A stretch of 64,000 nt of DNA from Savitreella phatthalungensis (lineage: Eukaryota), in contig AP039694.1 in the NCBI GenBank assembly GCA_051599415.1, positions 372,001 through 436,000 on the forward strand, in the 5' to 3' direction. The notes below the pieces were generated by a model. The model did not search any database. It was not told the DNA's origin and saw only the letters and a list, made by a program, of their open reading frames with translations. Shown here piece after piece: positions 21,916 to 32,662 of the stretch. The position numbers and the translations under genes were made by a program. How positions within the stretch are numbered: position 1 is the stretch's first letter; every line of letters begins with the position of its first letter.

Positions 21916-22785
21916 ACGGCGCGGACAGCACTGAGATTAGCATTTGATCCTGACGTAGGTAAAATAGACGCAAGATCGCAGAGTCTCGATCGGAAGCGAG
22001 CGCAATAAAACAACTGTGACGTGCTTAATTGCGCTGCCCACGATGCTCGAGCTTTAGTCTCGGCATGAGTGCAAGCTTGAGCCTTGTTCTGAGGTTGAGC
22101 TTTGTACAGACCAAAGTGCATGTTGAATGAACAGGAGATTGAGTGGTTCCGATTGCGCTTAAGGCGTTTGATTACCCCTTGCACAGACTCAGTTGAAAAA
22201 GGGGGACGTGCCGCGCCAAATTCCTTTCTGGGAAATTGTAAACAAATGCCTCGTGACAGGTCTCAGATTGGATACCTCATCAGGACAATGTACCTGGGCT
22301 TCAGAAGTGAGATTCGGTGCTCGAACTCCTGTCCCCAATCGTCGGCAACTTTGAGCGATGAGCTTTCAGGCGAGCAAGGAGACAGCCAGTCAGCCCTCAG
22401 GTCGTCATGCACGATCGATGTCAAAGGTGCCCAAAGCTCTGGAGAAGAATGGCAAGTCCACTTCTCGCGGATCGACCCTGCAGGCCTTGCATACACAACC
22501 AGCAGTGCTCAAAGGAGGACTTCCACGGCACAGACATTCCCACTCAATGTCCCCTGTAGACAAAGTGATGCCTCAAACGGCCACTGTCCATGCATTGGAA
22601 GGCTACACTCCTCCCTCACAAGCATGCTGAAGCACCACTTTGAATATAAGCCTGCGGATGTCTCACTTGCTCCGTTGACCGTCACGTTACGCTAGGCTTC
22701 GCGCAATTCCATACGCTCTCTTTCCGGGACATCGAGCTCACTCTCTCGCTCGGTCTCTACCTCGCTCTCTTGCAAGTAGAAAAGG

Positions 22786-24363
22786 ATGCTGGCGACGTTC
22801 CTCTTGCTAGCCTCATGGCTGACTGGAGCAGATGCATTCTTCCGCATGCTCTGCTCCAAGGCCATTACGGTCGCGCGACTGGACCCGATCGTGTCGCCTG
22901 GCACGGCCTCGATGCACACACACGCCATCATGGGACCCAGCTCGTTCTTCGACAACGTAACGTACAACGATCTCCGTAACGCCGACTGCTCGACCTGTGT
23001 CGCCACGCAGGACAAGTCTGCCTACTGGGTCCCACAGCTCTACCACGTGTCTCAGGCCGGCCAGTACACAGCAGTCGGTCTTGTTGGCGGCATCACTGTC
23101 TACTACCTCCAGCGCGGACCACCGGGACCTGCTGGCAAGATTCTGGCGGTCCCGAACGGTCTGCGGATGATCGCTGGCGATCCTTTCCGTCGGACGCAGA
23201 ACAACAGCGACCTGACGCAGAGTCAGATCGGATGGGTGTGTCTCGGCGGTGCTGGTTACAACGGGAACTTCTCGACATTCGGCAACTGTCCAAATGGCTT
23301 GCGCCAGCAGATTTTCTTCCCGAACTGCTGGGATGGCGTCAATCTTGACAGTCCGGACCACAAGTCTCACATGGCCTACTCCGGTCCGGATGGTAACTAT
23401 GCTTGCCCTGCCTCGCATCCAGTCAAGCTCGTCTCGCTCTTCTACGAGGTTATGTGGGATGTGAACGCATTCAAGGACCAGTACTGGAATGGCACTACTG
23501 CCCCATTCGTCCTCGCTCAGGGCGACCCCACAGGCTATGGCTCTCACGGTGACTTCATGTCCGGCTGGGATCAGAACGAGTTACAGACGGCCGTCGACAC
23601 GTGCAACAACAATTCTGGCCGGCTCGAAGACTGTCCGGCGTTGACACTAGACTGGGGCAAGGCAGCGTCGTGTAACATCAACTCCGCTCAGACGATTCAG
23701 GAGAACGTCCTCGGTCCTCTAAATGCCCTACCAGGATGCAATCCAGTGTCGTGGGGTCCTGAAGAGGCTCCGATGTTCCCGTCAGTCTGTCCGAGTGGTG
23801 AAACCCCCGCCAACGCACCAGTTGTCGCTCCGAAGGCTGCAACAACGACCTCTGCCACGACCTCTCCAACGTCACAAAGCACTTCGATTGCCACGACAAG
23901 CAAGAATGCTGGTGGTGGCATCGGCGCAGGCATTGGCATCAGTGTGGCCCCTATCAATGTCGGTGGGGTACAGCTTAACGGTGGCGGTGTAGTCCAGTCA
24001 ACCACAAGTACAGGTCAAGTGGCGCTCCAAACAGGTGCGCCTGTCGCTGGAGCACCACAGTACATGACTGTGACGTCGATGGCGGGGATCACGACTACGA
24101 TCACCGTGAATGGCGTTGCACAAGTGACTACCTCGCCACAAGTCCAGCTGTTCGTCCTCCCAGCATCCTACAGCTCCATGTTCACCGTCACCAAGACCAT
24201 GGATCCTGCGGCTCTCCCGACGAACATGGTCAACGCCGTAACAAAGACAGTCATGTATACGACAACAGTCCAGGTCGCAGCCCCATCAGACCCTGCAGCG
24301 CTGGCAGAGATGGTCGAGGACGCAGTCGAGAGCGCTATTGAGCAGGTCATGTCTAGCATGTGA
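22786..24363 (+). CDS. Secreted DUF1996 domain protein with Thr-rich C-terminal tail
   Basis: Signal peptide; RLDPIVSPG, DKSAYWVPQLY, FPNCWDGVNLDSPDHKSHMAY, HGDFMSGW motifs. Confidence 0.9.
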   Translation: MLATFLLLASWLTGADAFFRMLCSKAITVARLDPIVSPGTASMHTHAIMGPSSFFDNVTYNDLRNADCSTCVATQDKSAYWVPQLYHVSQAGQYTAVGLVGGITVYYLQRGPPGPAGKILAVPNGLRMIAGDPFRRTQNNSDLTQSQIGWVCLGGAGYNGNFSTFGNCPNGLRQQIFFPNCWDGVNLDSPDHKSHMAYSGPDGNYACPASHPVKLVSLFYEVMWDVNAFKDQYWNGTTAPFVLAQGDPTGYGSHGDFMSGWDQNELQTAVDTCNNNSGRLEDCPALTLDWGKAASCNINSAQTIQENVLGPLNALPGCNPVSWGPEEAPMFPSVCPSGETPANAPVVAPKAATTTSATTSPTSQSTSIATTSKNAGGGIGAGIGISVAPINVGGVQLNGGGVVQSTTSTGQVALQTGAPVAGAPQYMTVTSMAGITTTITVNGVAQVTTSPQVQLFVLPASYSSMFTVTKTMDPAALPTNMVNAVTKTVMYTTTVQVAAPSDPAALAEMVEDAVESAIEQVMSSM

Positions 24364-25049
24364 GTGTTGGATGGAGCACTAATCTCTAGGGTGCTCTTTC
24401 ATTTGATGCTGGATCGGTAGGTGACCTTCGGCTGGTACCCATTACAAGGGAATCCCCCGATCCGGACGTGATTTCTTACACCTTCCCTAACTATACGGCT
24501 TCCTTTCCATGATCTCTCCCATACATACACACAGTACATATCCACGCATACCAGACAAACTTTCTACTACGTTGTGACCCTGTTCTGAGTGCCGTTTGTT
24601 TGATGTTCTCATGTCTTTGGTCGCTTGATTTGGCGACAAGCGGGAAGACTGGCGAATAGAATTCCCGAGCTCATTATCAGTCAAATTTAAAAACCTTCTA
24701 CCCAATCGAGGTGGCAAAAGGGTGTTCTCCAGAGTCGCTGCAGCCGTAGGCGTAACAACAACCAAGAGGACCACAAAAGCGTGAGATGTTCTTGAACCAG
24801 GACTTCAGACGATCTTCGACTCTCTCGCAGACCTAATCGAGTCAACATAGCAGTCGCAAGAATCAAGTCCGTCCGCCTGGATGATTCAGCTAACCCATTG
24901 GATACCCATTGCGGCGCCGTTCACCTTCCTAGCACATAGCAACGGCTACAGTCCATTCGAGCGTCGTGTCAACACGCAGAATTCTTCGACATCGTATATC
25001 AAGAGCGATTGTCATCCATGATACTGTGGTTTTGCGACACATCGATAAC

Positions 25050-28000
25050 ATGGCAGTGCTACGCTCGCACATCATGTCGCTCTTCGTCCTCGTACTGTTC
25101 TTCACGAGTTTGCTATCGACCGTGGCAGCGGCAAGTAGACCTTCATTTTCACAGCAAGCGAATCAGAGACCTGCATTTTCATCATACACCCCAACGACGA
25201 CCAGTCGATACACACAAACTGTCGCGCCAGGGAGAACAGTGACTTTTGCAACCCTACCTTCATCGGGCAAGTCATCCTCGACAAGTTCGTCATTCTTTTC
25301 TCTGCCGCCCGCCATCGTTTTCAGCAGTCTGTCTTCAAGCAAATCCTTATTGTCATCGGCTCCATCGATCCCCATCACGTTGACTCTCAACTCATCTGTG
25401 CCACTTTTGTCACCTAATACGATCAAGCCGTCGAGCCCAACCGGATCTTCAACATTGAGCTTGACCTCCGGCGCCAGCTCGAAGCCACGGATCACGTCCA
25501 CATCTCAGGTGTCTTCGAGCAAAACAGCAGCTACAATTAATAGTGTGACGAGTTCACTTACTTCGAGCAGCTATGGCATCAGCTCAACCTTCAGAGGTAG
25601 CAGCACATCCAGCTCCACTATACAAACTTCCACCCGGTCAATGTCAGTCATGGCATCTTCTGGACAACTCTCGTCGAGCACATCTTCGGCGTCAGCTAGG
25701 GCTAGTGTGTCATTAGGCCCGAACGACCTCTACGCTGTTCTTGGATGTGCAGCAGATTCCTCGAACACGCGTACACTCAACAAAGCCAACACGGTCAGCA
25801 GCACGATGACCAACGATGCTTGTGCGCGGTTCTGCTACGCACAGGGATTTGACCGAGCCGGCACGGAGTACTACAGCGAGTGCTACTGTGGCATGGCACC
25901 GGTCAACTGGAATGTTTCTAGTCAGTGCACCACCCCGTGTGCAGGTAACTCCTCTCAAACCTGCGGCGGACCAGATGCGCTGACGCTGATGCAAGTCAAT
26001 CTCGAGTTCGAGACAATCAGCGATGCCACACCACTTGGCTATGTTGGCTGCTTTAACTTGGGAACAAAGCCGATGCTTCTGTCTGACGCTTTCTTTGCCT
26101 CTAGCTCAATGACCAACAAGCTATGCGGCAACTACTGTAGTGGTATTGGTCTTCCTTATGCCGGCACGGCGTATGGTGGCAACTGCTACTGTGGTGCAAG
26201 ACCAAACGCTACCGCGACCATGGCTGGGAACTGCTATCAGAAGTGCTATGGTAATAGCTCAGAATTCTGTGGTGGCAACGGTGTGCTGTCGATCTACAAG
26301 AATGCTCTCACGAACACGACTCTTGCGCGACCGGATCTTAGCGCCGGCATCAGCTCAGTCACCGTGTCCAACGTCTTCCAGCCCATCTCGAATAGTGCAC
26401 CGCTTGACGTGTTCCCACGAACATCGCATCCCCGCGTGCCACAAAACTACACAGGCAACACGCCCATTCAGACAAACAAGCAGTGGCAGCAGATACTCAT
26501 TAATGGCCAGGAAAGCGCTAACATGGTGATCCCTTACGTCTTCAACTACCTATCACCTGCCAGTTTCGCATGGCAAAACGCGAATCCATCACAATACGAA
26601 TACGACGCCTCGCAAGCGCCACCAGTCTTTTACGGGACGCCGCTATTGCTGAAGCAGCTCGTGACAACGGCACTGGAGTTCACTTCAGAAGACAGTGAGC
26701 CGAGTTTGGACGTGTCTGAAGGGCGGCAAGCGAGCGTGCGGGTGAAGATCTCCATGCCTGGAAGCACACCACAGACCATGACGACCGATCTCGTTAGCGG
26801 TATGGGCTTCATTACCGTCCACTATGCGTCCTTGACTCCTGCCATTCAAGGAACATTTTCCAACTTCGCCGCCGTTCCACTGACGGCTTATAAACCTGCA
26901 GTGCTCCAGAAATTCCGGCTCGATACACCAGACTCGTCCTGGCTCATGTACGTCCTCGACACAGGATCAGCTGGCCCGATATGGTCGTCAAACGGCACGC
27001 TGATCTCTGCAGCCGGTGCATACACGGGGACGATCCAATTTGCAAAGTTGTCAGTGTTGAGTTCAAGTGATGCGGCAGAGCAGGTCCTGGATCAGACAGC
27101 TGGGTCTTGGGTGACTGGGATGAGCCTGGCTGGTGGCGTGTCTGGGTCGAGCGGGACGTACTCGCTTGTGTATACTGTCGACAGCGCTTCCGGCACGCCA
27201 AGATCGACAGCGCTCGTCTACGCGCTCCCGCACCACCAGCCATTCATCTCAGGAAGCGCCAAGGCAACCACGCTCTACATGCAAAGCCCGATCACTGGCG
27301 CAGCCAGAGCCTATGTCGCATCCACACTCACCATGACCGACCCAGATCTTCCAGCATCCGTCGGATTTTTCCCGCCCGACGATGGCGCCACCTGGAACCA
27401 GCAGACTCTGCTGACGATTAAGAAGTCCCTTACACCAGACATCCTAGGGGCAAACTACACCACAGGATGTAATGTGTACTCGACCTACTTCAGCGGCAAG
27501 TGCATGGCCAAGGCTGCACAGGTGTGCTTGGTCGCTCGAGATGTGATTCGAGATCCCGTGTTGGCAACGAACTGCATCGACCAGCTGGAAGGTGTGATGA
27601 ATGTGTTTGTGGCAAACGCGCAGCAGCTGGGTTTATCTTACGATACTACCTGGGGCGGCGTGCTGACGGAGGCCGGGCTAAGCAACCTCGACATCGACTT
27701 CGGCAACGCAGCCTACAACGACCACCACTTCCACTACGGCTACATCATCTACGCCGCAGCCGCGCTCGCAGAGCTCCGCCCCGCTTGGCTCAGACGCGGC
27801 AACAACATGGCCTGGGTCGACACGCTCGTCCGAGACGTCGCCACACCCAACCCCGACGACCTCTACTTCCCGCAGTTCAGGTCGATGGATTGGTATGTTG
27901 GCCACTCGCTGTCTCACGGTGTCGGGTCGGACTTCTCGCAGGGTAAGGACGAGGAGTCGTCGTCCGAGGACTACAACTTTGCTTACGGACTGAAGCTGTG

Positions 28001-28487
28001 GGGCCACGTGACAGGGAGACCTGCGCTCGAAGGGCTCGGTCTCCTGATGACAGGCGTCATTCGCAGATCGGTCCAGGCGTACATGCTCCTCGGCCCAGAC
28101 AACAACATCCAGCCGGCAGTGTATACGCCAAACTACGTCTCCGGGATCACATTCGGTGGGGCCTTGATCCACTCCACGTTCTTCGGCGGACAAACCCAAT
28201 TTGTCCACGGGATCCACATGCTTCCGATGACTGGCATCACGTCGTTTGTGAGGACGCCGAGATTCGTCGGGATGGAGTGGAACAACGTGCTGTCAAAGCT
28301 TGCTGGCACGCTCACCGATAATTGGGCAGGCATCCTGTACTCGAACCTCGCAGTCGCAAGCGCACAAGCCTCCTGGGACTTCTTCTCAGCCGGCAACGTC
28401 GTCAACTTCAACAGAGCCTTCCTCGACGATGGTCAGACACTCACCTGGACACTCCTCTTCGCAGCAGCCTTTGGAGGCCGCGCTTGA
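25050..28487 (+). CDS. Secreted GH81 endo-1,3(4)-beta-glucanase with Ser/Thr-rich linker and two WSC domains
   Basis: Signal peptide; two WSC modules (GC..D...MT...C..FC...AGTEY..ECYCG...C...C.GN....CGG); GH81 motifs TYFSGK, YNDHHFHYGY, DEESSSED, HGIHMLP. Confidence 0.92.
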   Translation: MAVLRSHIMSLFVLVLFFTSLLSTVAAASRPSFSQQANQRPAFSSYTPTTTSRYTQTVAPGRTVTFATLPSSGKSSSTSSSFFSLPPAIVFSSLSSSKSLLSSAPSIPITLTLNSSVPLLSPNTIKPSSPTGSSTLSLTSGASSKPRITSTSQVSSSKTAATINSVTSSLTSSSYGISSTFRGSSTSSSTIQTSTRSMSVMASSGQLSSSTSSASARASVSLGPNDLYAVLGCAADSSNTRTLNKANTVSSTMTNDACARFCYAQGFDRAGTEYYSECYCGMAPVNWNVSSQCTTPCAGNSSQTCGGPDALTLMQVNLEFETISDATPLGYVGCFNLGTKPMLLSDAFFASSSMTNKLCGNYCSGIGLPYAGTAYGGNCYCGARPNATATMAGNCYQKCYGNSSEFCGGNGVLSIYKNALTNTTLARPDLSAGISSVTVSNVFQPISNSAPLDVFPRTSHPRVPQNYTGNTPIQTNKQWQQILINGQESANMVIPYVFNYLSPASFAWQNANPSQYEYDASQAPPVFYGTPLLLKQLVTTALEFTSEDSEPSLDVSEGRQASVRVKISMPGSTPQTMTTDLVSGMGFITVHYASLTPAIQGTFSNFAAVPLTAYKPAVLQKFRLDTPDSSWLMYVLDTGSAGPIWSSNGTLISAAGAYTGTIQFAKLSVLSSSDAAEQVLDQTAGSWVTGMSLAGGVSGSSGTYSLVYTVDSASGTPRSTALVYALPHHQPFISGSAKATTLYMQSPITGAARAYVASTLTMTDPDLPASVGFFPPDDGATWNQQTLLTIKKSLTPDILGANYTTGCNVYSTYFSGKCMAKAAQVCLVARDVIRDPVLATNCIDQLEGVMNVFVANAQQLGLSYDTTWGGVLTEAGLSNLDIDFGNAAYNDHHFHYGYIIYAAAALAELRPAWLRRGNNMAWVDTLVRDVATPNPDDLYFPQFRSMDWYVGHSLSHGVGSDFSQGKDEESSSEDYNFAYGLKLWGHVTGRPALEGLGLLMTGVIRRSVQAYMLLGPDNNIQPAVYTPNYVSGITFGGALIHSTFFGGQTQFVHGIHMLPMTGITSFVRTPRFVGMEWNNVLSKLAGTLTDNWAGILYSNLAVASAQASWDFFSAGNVVNFNRAFLDDGQTLTWTLLFAAAFGGRA

Positions 28488-28731
28488 GCATCACATCAAT
28501 CTGTCAAGCCATGTCAACCTGAATTCTGTACAGCTCATCTGCCATAGATCTTTTCATTCTACTGAATTGTGTATTTGTCAATCTTGCATCAATTGATCGA
28601 GATCATGTTTTTGTGCACGAGATTACCCCCACGGAAATGTGGGATTACCTATTGCGTTCGATTTGACACGTATCAGGTCGATACCTGTGGACGGTGGTTG
28701 CTACCCTGGGCTTCACGCTCGCTCGCATGGG

Positions 28732-29229
28732 ATGACGCTGGGCGTGTACCTGGGTGGTGGTCGATACGTGGAGATACGCTGGGTACCGCTAGTCTGCCTG
28801 CTGGTGAGCGCTGGGCTGGCGCTCGCATTGGGATTGTTCTTAGACAACACGGTCGTTCCCATCAATGACAAGGTCCAGCATGCAGTGATGTTTGCCGCGA
28901 TGACAGGTTTCGGATACTGGGTGTTTGTACTACCAGCAATCTATCAATCGGCGTGGATCACGCTCACGCTGAGTGTCCTCGCCGCTGTCACATCAGAGTA
29001 TATGCAGGCGCTCCTGACCACCCGCCGATTCGACCCTTACGATATCGCAGCCAATATCGCAGGCGTCGCTGCGGGTCTGGCGCTATCGATAGGTCTGGAT
29101 GCTTGTGTGTATCGACGGTCGCACAGGCAGAGTGATGCATCCACAGCAGGACCGTACACGCGCTTGTCGGAAGTGAGGACGAGCTTGGGTATCGAGGTCC
29201 AAGACGATTTAGAGCACGGTCGAGGATGA
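28732..29229 (+). CDS. VanZ-like membrane protein
   Basis: NDKVQH, SEYMQ and RRFDPYDIAANIAG motifs; 3-4 TM segments; first in-frame ATG at 28732. Confidence 0.82.
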   Translation: MTLGVYLGGGRYVEIRWVPLVCLLVSAGLALALGLFLDNTVVPINDKVQHAVMFAAMTGFGYWVFVLPAIYQSAWITLTLSVLAAVTSEYMQALLTTRRFDPYDIAANIAGVAAGLALSIGLDACVYRRSHRQSDASTAGPYTRLSEVRTSLGIEVQDDLEHGRG

Positions 29230-29597
29230 ATGCGAATCTAAGCCTCAAAGTCTCCAGCCTACTTAATCGCGCATCGAGAGTAGCACGTTCGCGAATGGAC
29301 GAGGGATAAGTGTCAGAGATCGTCTACCGATAATCGTGACTTGCTACGCCACACAAATGACCATGACATGGTCATTGACTGATGGCGGCATTCAGAAATG
29401 CTGCGCAAGGCGGTTCATGGAAAGTCATTTCGTCAGTGGACGTCACGCATTATGTCGTCGTATGGAAAGAACTGCTCACACCGAGAGCTAGTCCGATGAG
29501 ACAGAGCAAGCGCTAAGCCACTCAAGAACTTTCGAGACAGATGTGTACAGTATGTATTCTTTAATGAGCGTAACGTGATATGGCGTAAAGATCTGTC

Positions 29598-30560
29598 TCA
29601 TTGGGCATCGTGGAAGTGGAGTGGGCAGCCGCGGGTGCCATCTTTCTGGTCGCGCCAGGCGCAGATGCAGTGGAGGTGGTAGACACACCAGCACTCTAGT
29701 CTGGCTGCTGTCTCGCCTTCCTCAAACTCTTCGAAGCAGATCGGGCACTCCTCACCGCGGACTTTATCCTCACGCTGAACGGTAAAGCCGACGTAGCGGA
29801 GTTGAGGCACGGGGCGCGCGGGCGGTTGTGTAGTCGTTGATGCCTCGGCGATCGCAGCTGCAGCAGTAGCAGCTTCACGATCAGCGCGTCTGCGACGACG
29901 GCGGGCTGCGGACGAAGACGAGCCTGAAGCAGTGTTGTATGAAGGAGGGAGCTCGGACGTCTGGAGGGCTGCAGTCGCTCTGGCAACAGCAGCGTTTGTA
30001 TCTGGCAGTGGTCTCGGGTTGACTGTGTTGGGTGGAAGGAGTACTGTTGTCTGGACTGCAGCTGTGGAGGGAGACAGACCACAGGCTGCACGTGCACTAT
30101 CGCGGATCATCTGTGCAGCCGTCCGAGGGTCTACGTGATCAATGTCGAGGCCCAACATCCGCCGACACCGCTCCTGTTCGATGCGGGAGAAGCACACGTC
30201 GCATGACCGGACGGCCGACATGGTCATGCTAGCACTGTTACCAGTACGGGTCGATCGAGAGGCGACTGAGGAAGCGCGCGATCCATGAGCGGCACCGTCC
30301 GAGAGCCGCCTGACCTGGAATCCTGTCGCGGTCGCTGCAGAGGTGAGCGGGGACAATGGATTCTGAGGTCGGGTGACAACAGCAGACATTGGCAGAGGAG
30401 AAAGGTTATTTGAGCAGTCTGCGCAGACTACTTTGCCACAGCATCTGCAGTGATGCCGCCTGAACCACCAGGTGAATGCTGTGTTGCAGAGCGGGCAAGC
30501 GGATACTGACTCATCTTCTTGCCATTCAGGTCGTTCATGCAATCCGATAACGCCACTCAT
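29598..30560 (-). CDS. PIB1: FYVE + RING-H2 E3 ubiquitin ligase (Pib1-like)
   Basis: WQED...C..C...RRHHCRCCGKVVC..CS FYVE domain; CPICFEEF...RLECWCVYHLHCI..W...CPLH RING. Confidence 0.88.
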   Translation of the reverse strand: MSGVIGLHERPEWQEDESVSACPLCNTAFTWWFRRHHCRCCGKVVCADCSNNLSPLPMSAVVTRPQNPLSPLTSAATATGFQVRRLSDGAAHGSRASSVASRSTRTGNSASMTMSAVRSCDVCFSRIEQERCRRMLGLDIDHVDPRTAAQMIRDSARAACGLSPSTAAVQTTVLLPPNTVNPRPLPDTNAAVARATAALQTSELPPSYNTASGSSSSAARRRRRRADREAATAAAAIAEASTTTQPPARPVPQLRYVGFTVQREDKVRGEECPICFEEFEEGETAARLECWCVYHLHCICAWRDQKDGTRGCPLHFHDAQ

Positions 30561-30937
30561 GACCAAGATAGTGAGAAACAAGCAAGCGCCAGTGATGTGG
30601 AATGATGAATAGGTCAGTAAGTGCTTCTAGAGGTAGATAGAGGTAGATAAAGGTAGTCGTGTGCAGATATTGCGTGTTGTGTATGGCGTACGTGTACGAG
30701 GTTCAACTGAGGTTTTGAGTGATAGTAGATACTGCATGCTAATAAACTCCGATCAGCTAATTTAGACGGTTGATCTCGTACGTCTGATCGAATATCTCGT
30801 AGATCAAACTTGATTTTAATTTGCAGAATTACACGAAAGCACTCGTCATCTTCATCCTCATCCTCCAGCGTCATCCTCCACTGTAGGTCTTTCATCTTGA
30901 TCGTCTTCAGCTGATCAGAAAAAGGGTTTTAGCGTCG

Positions 30938-32038
30938 ATGACGATTCATAGACTTGCAATCGGTGACAAGGATACCTTCTGGCATTTATTGGAGTACGAT
31001 ACCGATACAAACAGCTTCAAGAAGACTGCTAGGACTCAGACAGACAAAGCGAGCTGGGTATCAAGGGAGCACGACGGACGTATATATTCTGTTTCGGAAC
31101 GATCAGAAAAGCCAGGTAGCGTCACTAAATGGCACAAAGCGGCGTCACCAGCCACTGATGGCGAGCATGGCGCGGATGGCGTTCAATATACTGAAGAGTG
31201 GTCAACACAGACTTCTGGAGAAGGACCTTGTCACCTGGACATCTTGGCCGATGAGGCTGGCAGGGAGACCTTCCTGGGTGCCGCAAATTACGTCGGAGGG
31301 AGTGTGGATCTACTCAGTCTCGAGACCGGCGAGATCCTGCAGACGATCCAATTCAATGGAAATGGACCACACGAGAGACAAACCTCATCTCACTGCCACC
31401 AGATACATCAAGACAGATCAACAGGATATGTCTACGTGTGTGATTTGGGAGCAGACAAGGTGCATCGTTACAGTCTGGAGTCTGGAAAGCTAGTGGAGAA
31501 TGCTGTATACAAGACTGCGCCAGGTGCAGGTCCGCGTCATGTGATCTTCAGTTCAGGTCTAGTCTACTTGCTAAATGAACTCGCCTGCACGCTGGAGATC
31601 CTCGAGTCTACACCTGATACACTTCGACCAGTGGGCGGAACAAGTCCAGTGTCCATTGTTGCTCAACCTGAGCGTGTAGGTGAACAGCACGAGAAGTACC
31701 CGCAGCCGGCGAGTGGGGCTGAGTTGTGCATCACACAGGACAAGCAGTGGCTGTATGGAAGTGTGCGGTATATCTCGACCGCCCATGCAGCAGACACATT
31801 GTTCTATGTCAGACTGGAGAGTCGAAGTGGGTTGCTGGCTGGGGACGTCCAATTCTTCGACACAGGACTGATTGCACCCTGGGCACTCGAGACGAAGGAT
31901 GACCTTGTTTGTGTCACTTTCAGGGAATCAAAGGTTGTACGGATGTATGGACGGGATGTTGAGAGTGGCGAGCTGAAAAGGTTGGCTGATTACAAGGATG
32001 CATCGCTGGTGAAGCCATGCTGCGTCCGGTTCCTGTAG
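30938..32038 (+). CDS. Lactonase, 7-bladed beta-propeller (6-phosphogluconolactonase / muconate cycloisomerase family)
   Basis: GPCHL, ANYVGGSV, SHCHQ, CDLGADKV, GAGPRH and NEL motifs. Confidence 0.88.
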   Translation: MTIHRLAIGDKDTFWHLLEYDTDTNSFKKTARTQTDKASWVSREHDGRIYSVSERSEKPGSVTKWHKAASPATDGEHGADGVQYTEEWSTQTSGEGPCHLDILADEAGRETFLGAANYVGGSVDLLSLETGEILQTIQFNGNGPHERQTSSHCHQIHQDRSTGYVYVCDLGADKVHRYSLESGKLVENAVYKTAPGAGPRHVIFSSGLVYLLNELACTLEILESTPDTLRPVGGTSPVSIVAQPERVGEQHEKYPQPASGAELCITQDKQWLYGSVRYISTAHAADTLFYVRLESRSGLLAGDVQFFDTGLIAPWALETKDDLVCVTFRESKVVRMYGRDVESGELKRLADYKDASLVKPCCVRFL

Positions 32039-32284
32039 GTTCTACACCATTAGACTGACTGTAATACATGCAAGAACAAGAGCAGCACACTATGTGCATG
32101 AGACTACTCCGAAGGTTTCTTTGATGCCTTCTAACTATCCTGACTCTCTCCACTCCTGACGCTAATGACCCTTGGTTGTGAGTATATCGTGCGCATGATG
32201 AATGCGCATATGTCTGCACATATGATCGATCTTACCAATTTGAATTCGATATGTCACACGAGCAATCAATTTCCATTGAAATCC

Positions 32285-32318
<34 letters not shown>
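32285..32318. repeat. (TGAT)8 microsatellite
   Basis: Perfect tgattgattgat... run seen directly. Confidence 0.95.
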
Positions 32319-32662
32319 CATGATCAGCCAATTTTCAAATGCAATTTCATCATTAATTTTCAATCAACACTCACTCGCTCGCTCGCAATGCAGGTCACGC
32401 GTGTAACACTACACTCATTCGAGGATATCATTTTCAACGGTACACATATATGTAGCTACACCACATAGCCAACAGAGTCTATCGATAAGCTTCTTTCACT
32501 CTTCACTCCATTAAATATACGCTCTGGAGCTCAGCGCTGCTCTCACAACCGTGCATCTGTCTTGCAGAGGCTCTCATCAAGGCTTTCACGCACATCATGA
32601 CACAGTAGTAAATCGACTGTACACTGTTTGCCCACCTCGCACACAAACCCCATTCTTGTGAG

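Noticed and set aside
22102..22695. 197-aa ORF upstream of the DUF1996 gene
   Set aside because: TTG start, Ser/Cys-rich random-looking composition and no motif; more likely promoter or UTR sequence.
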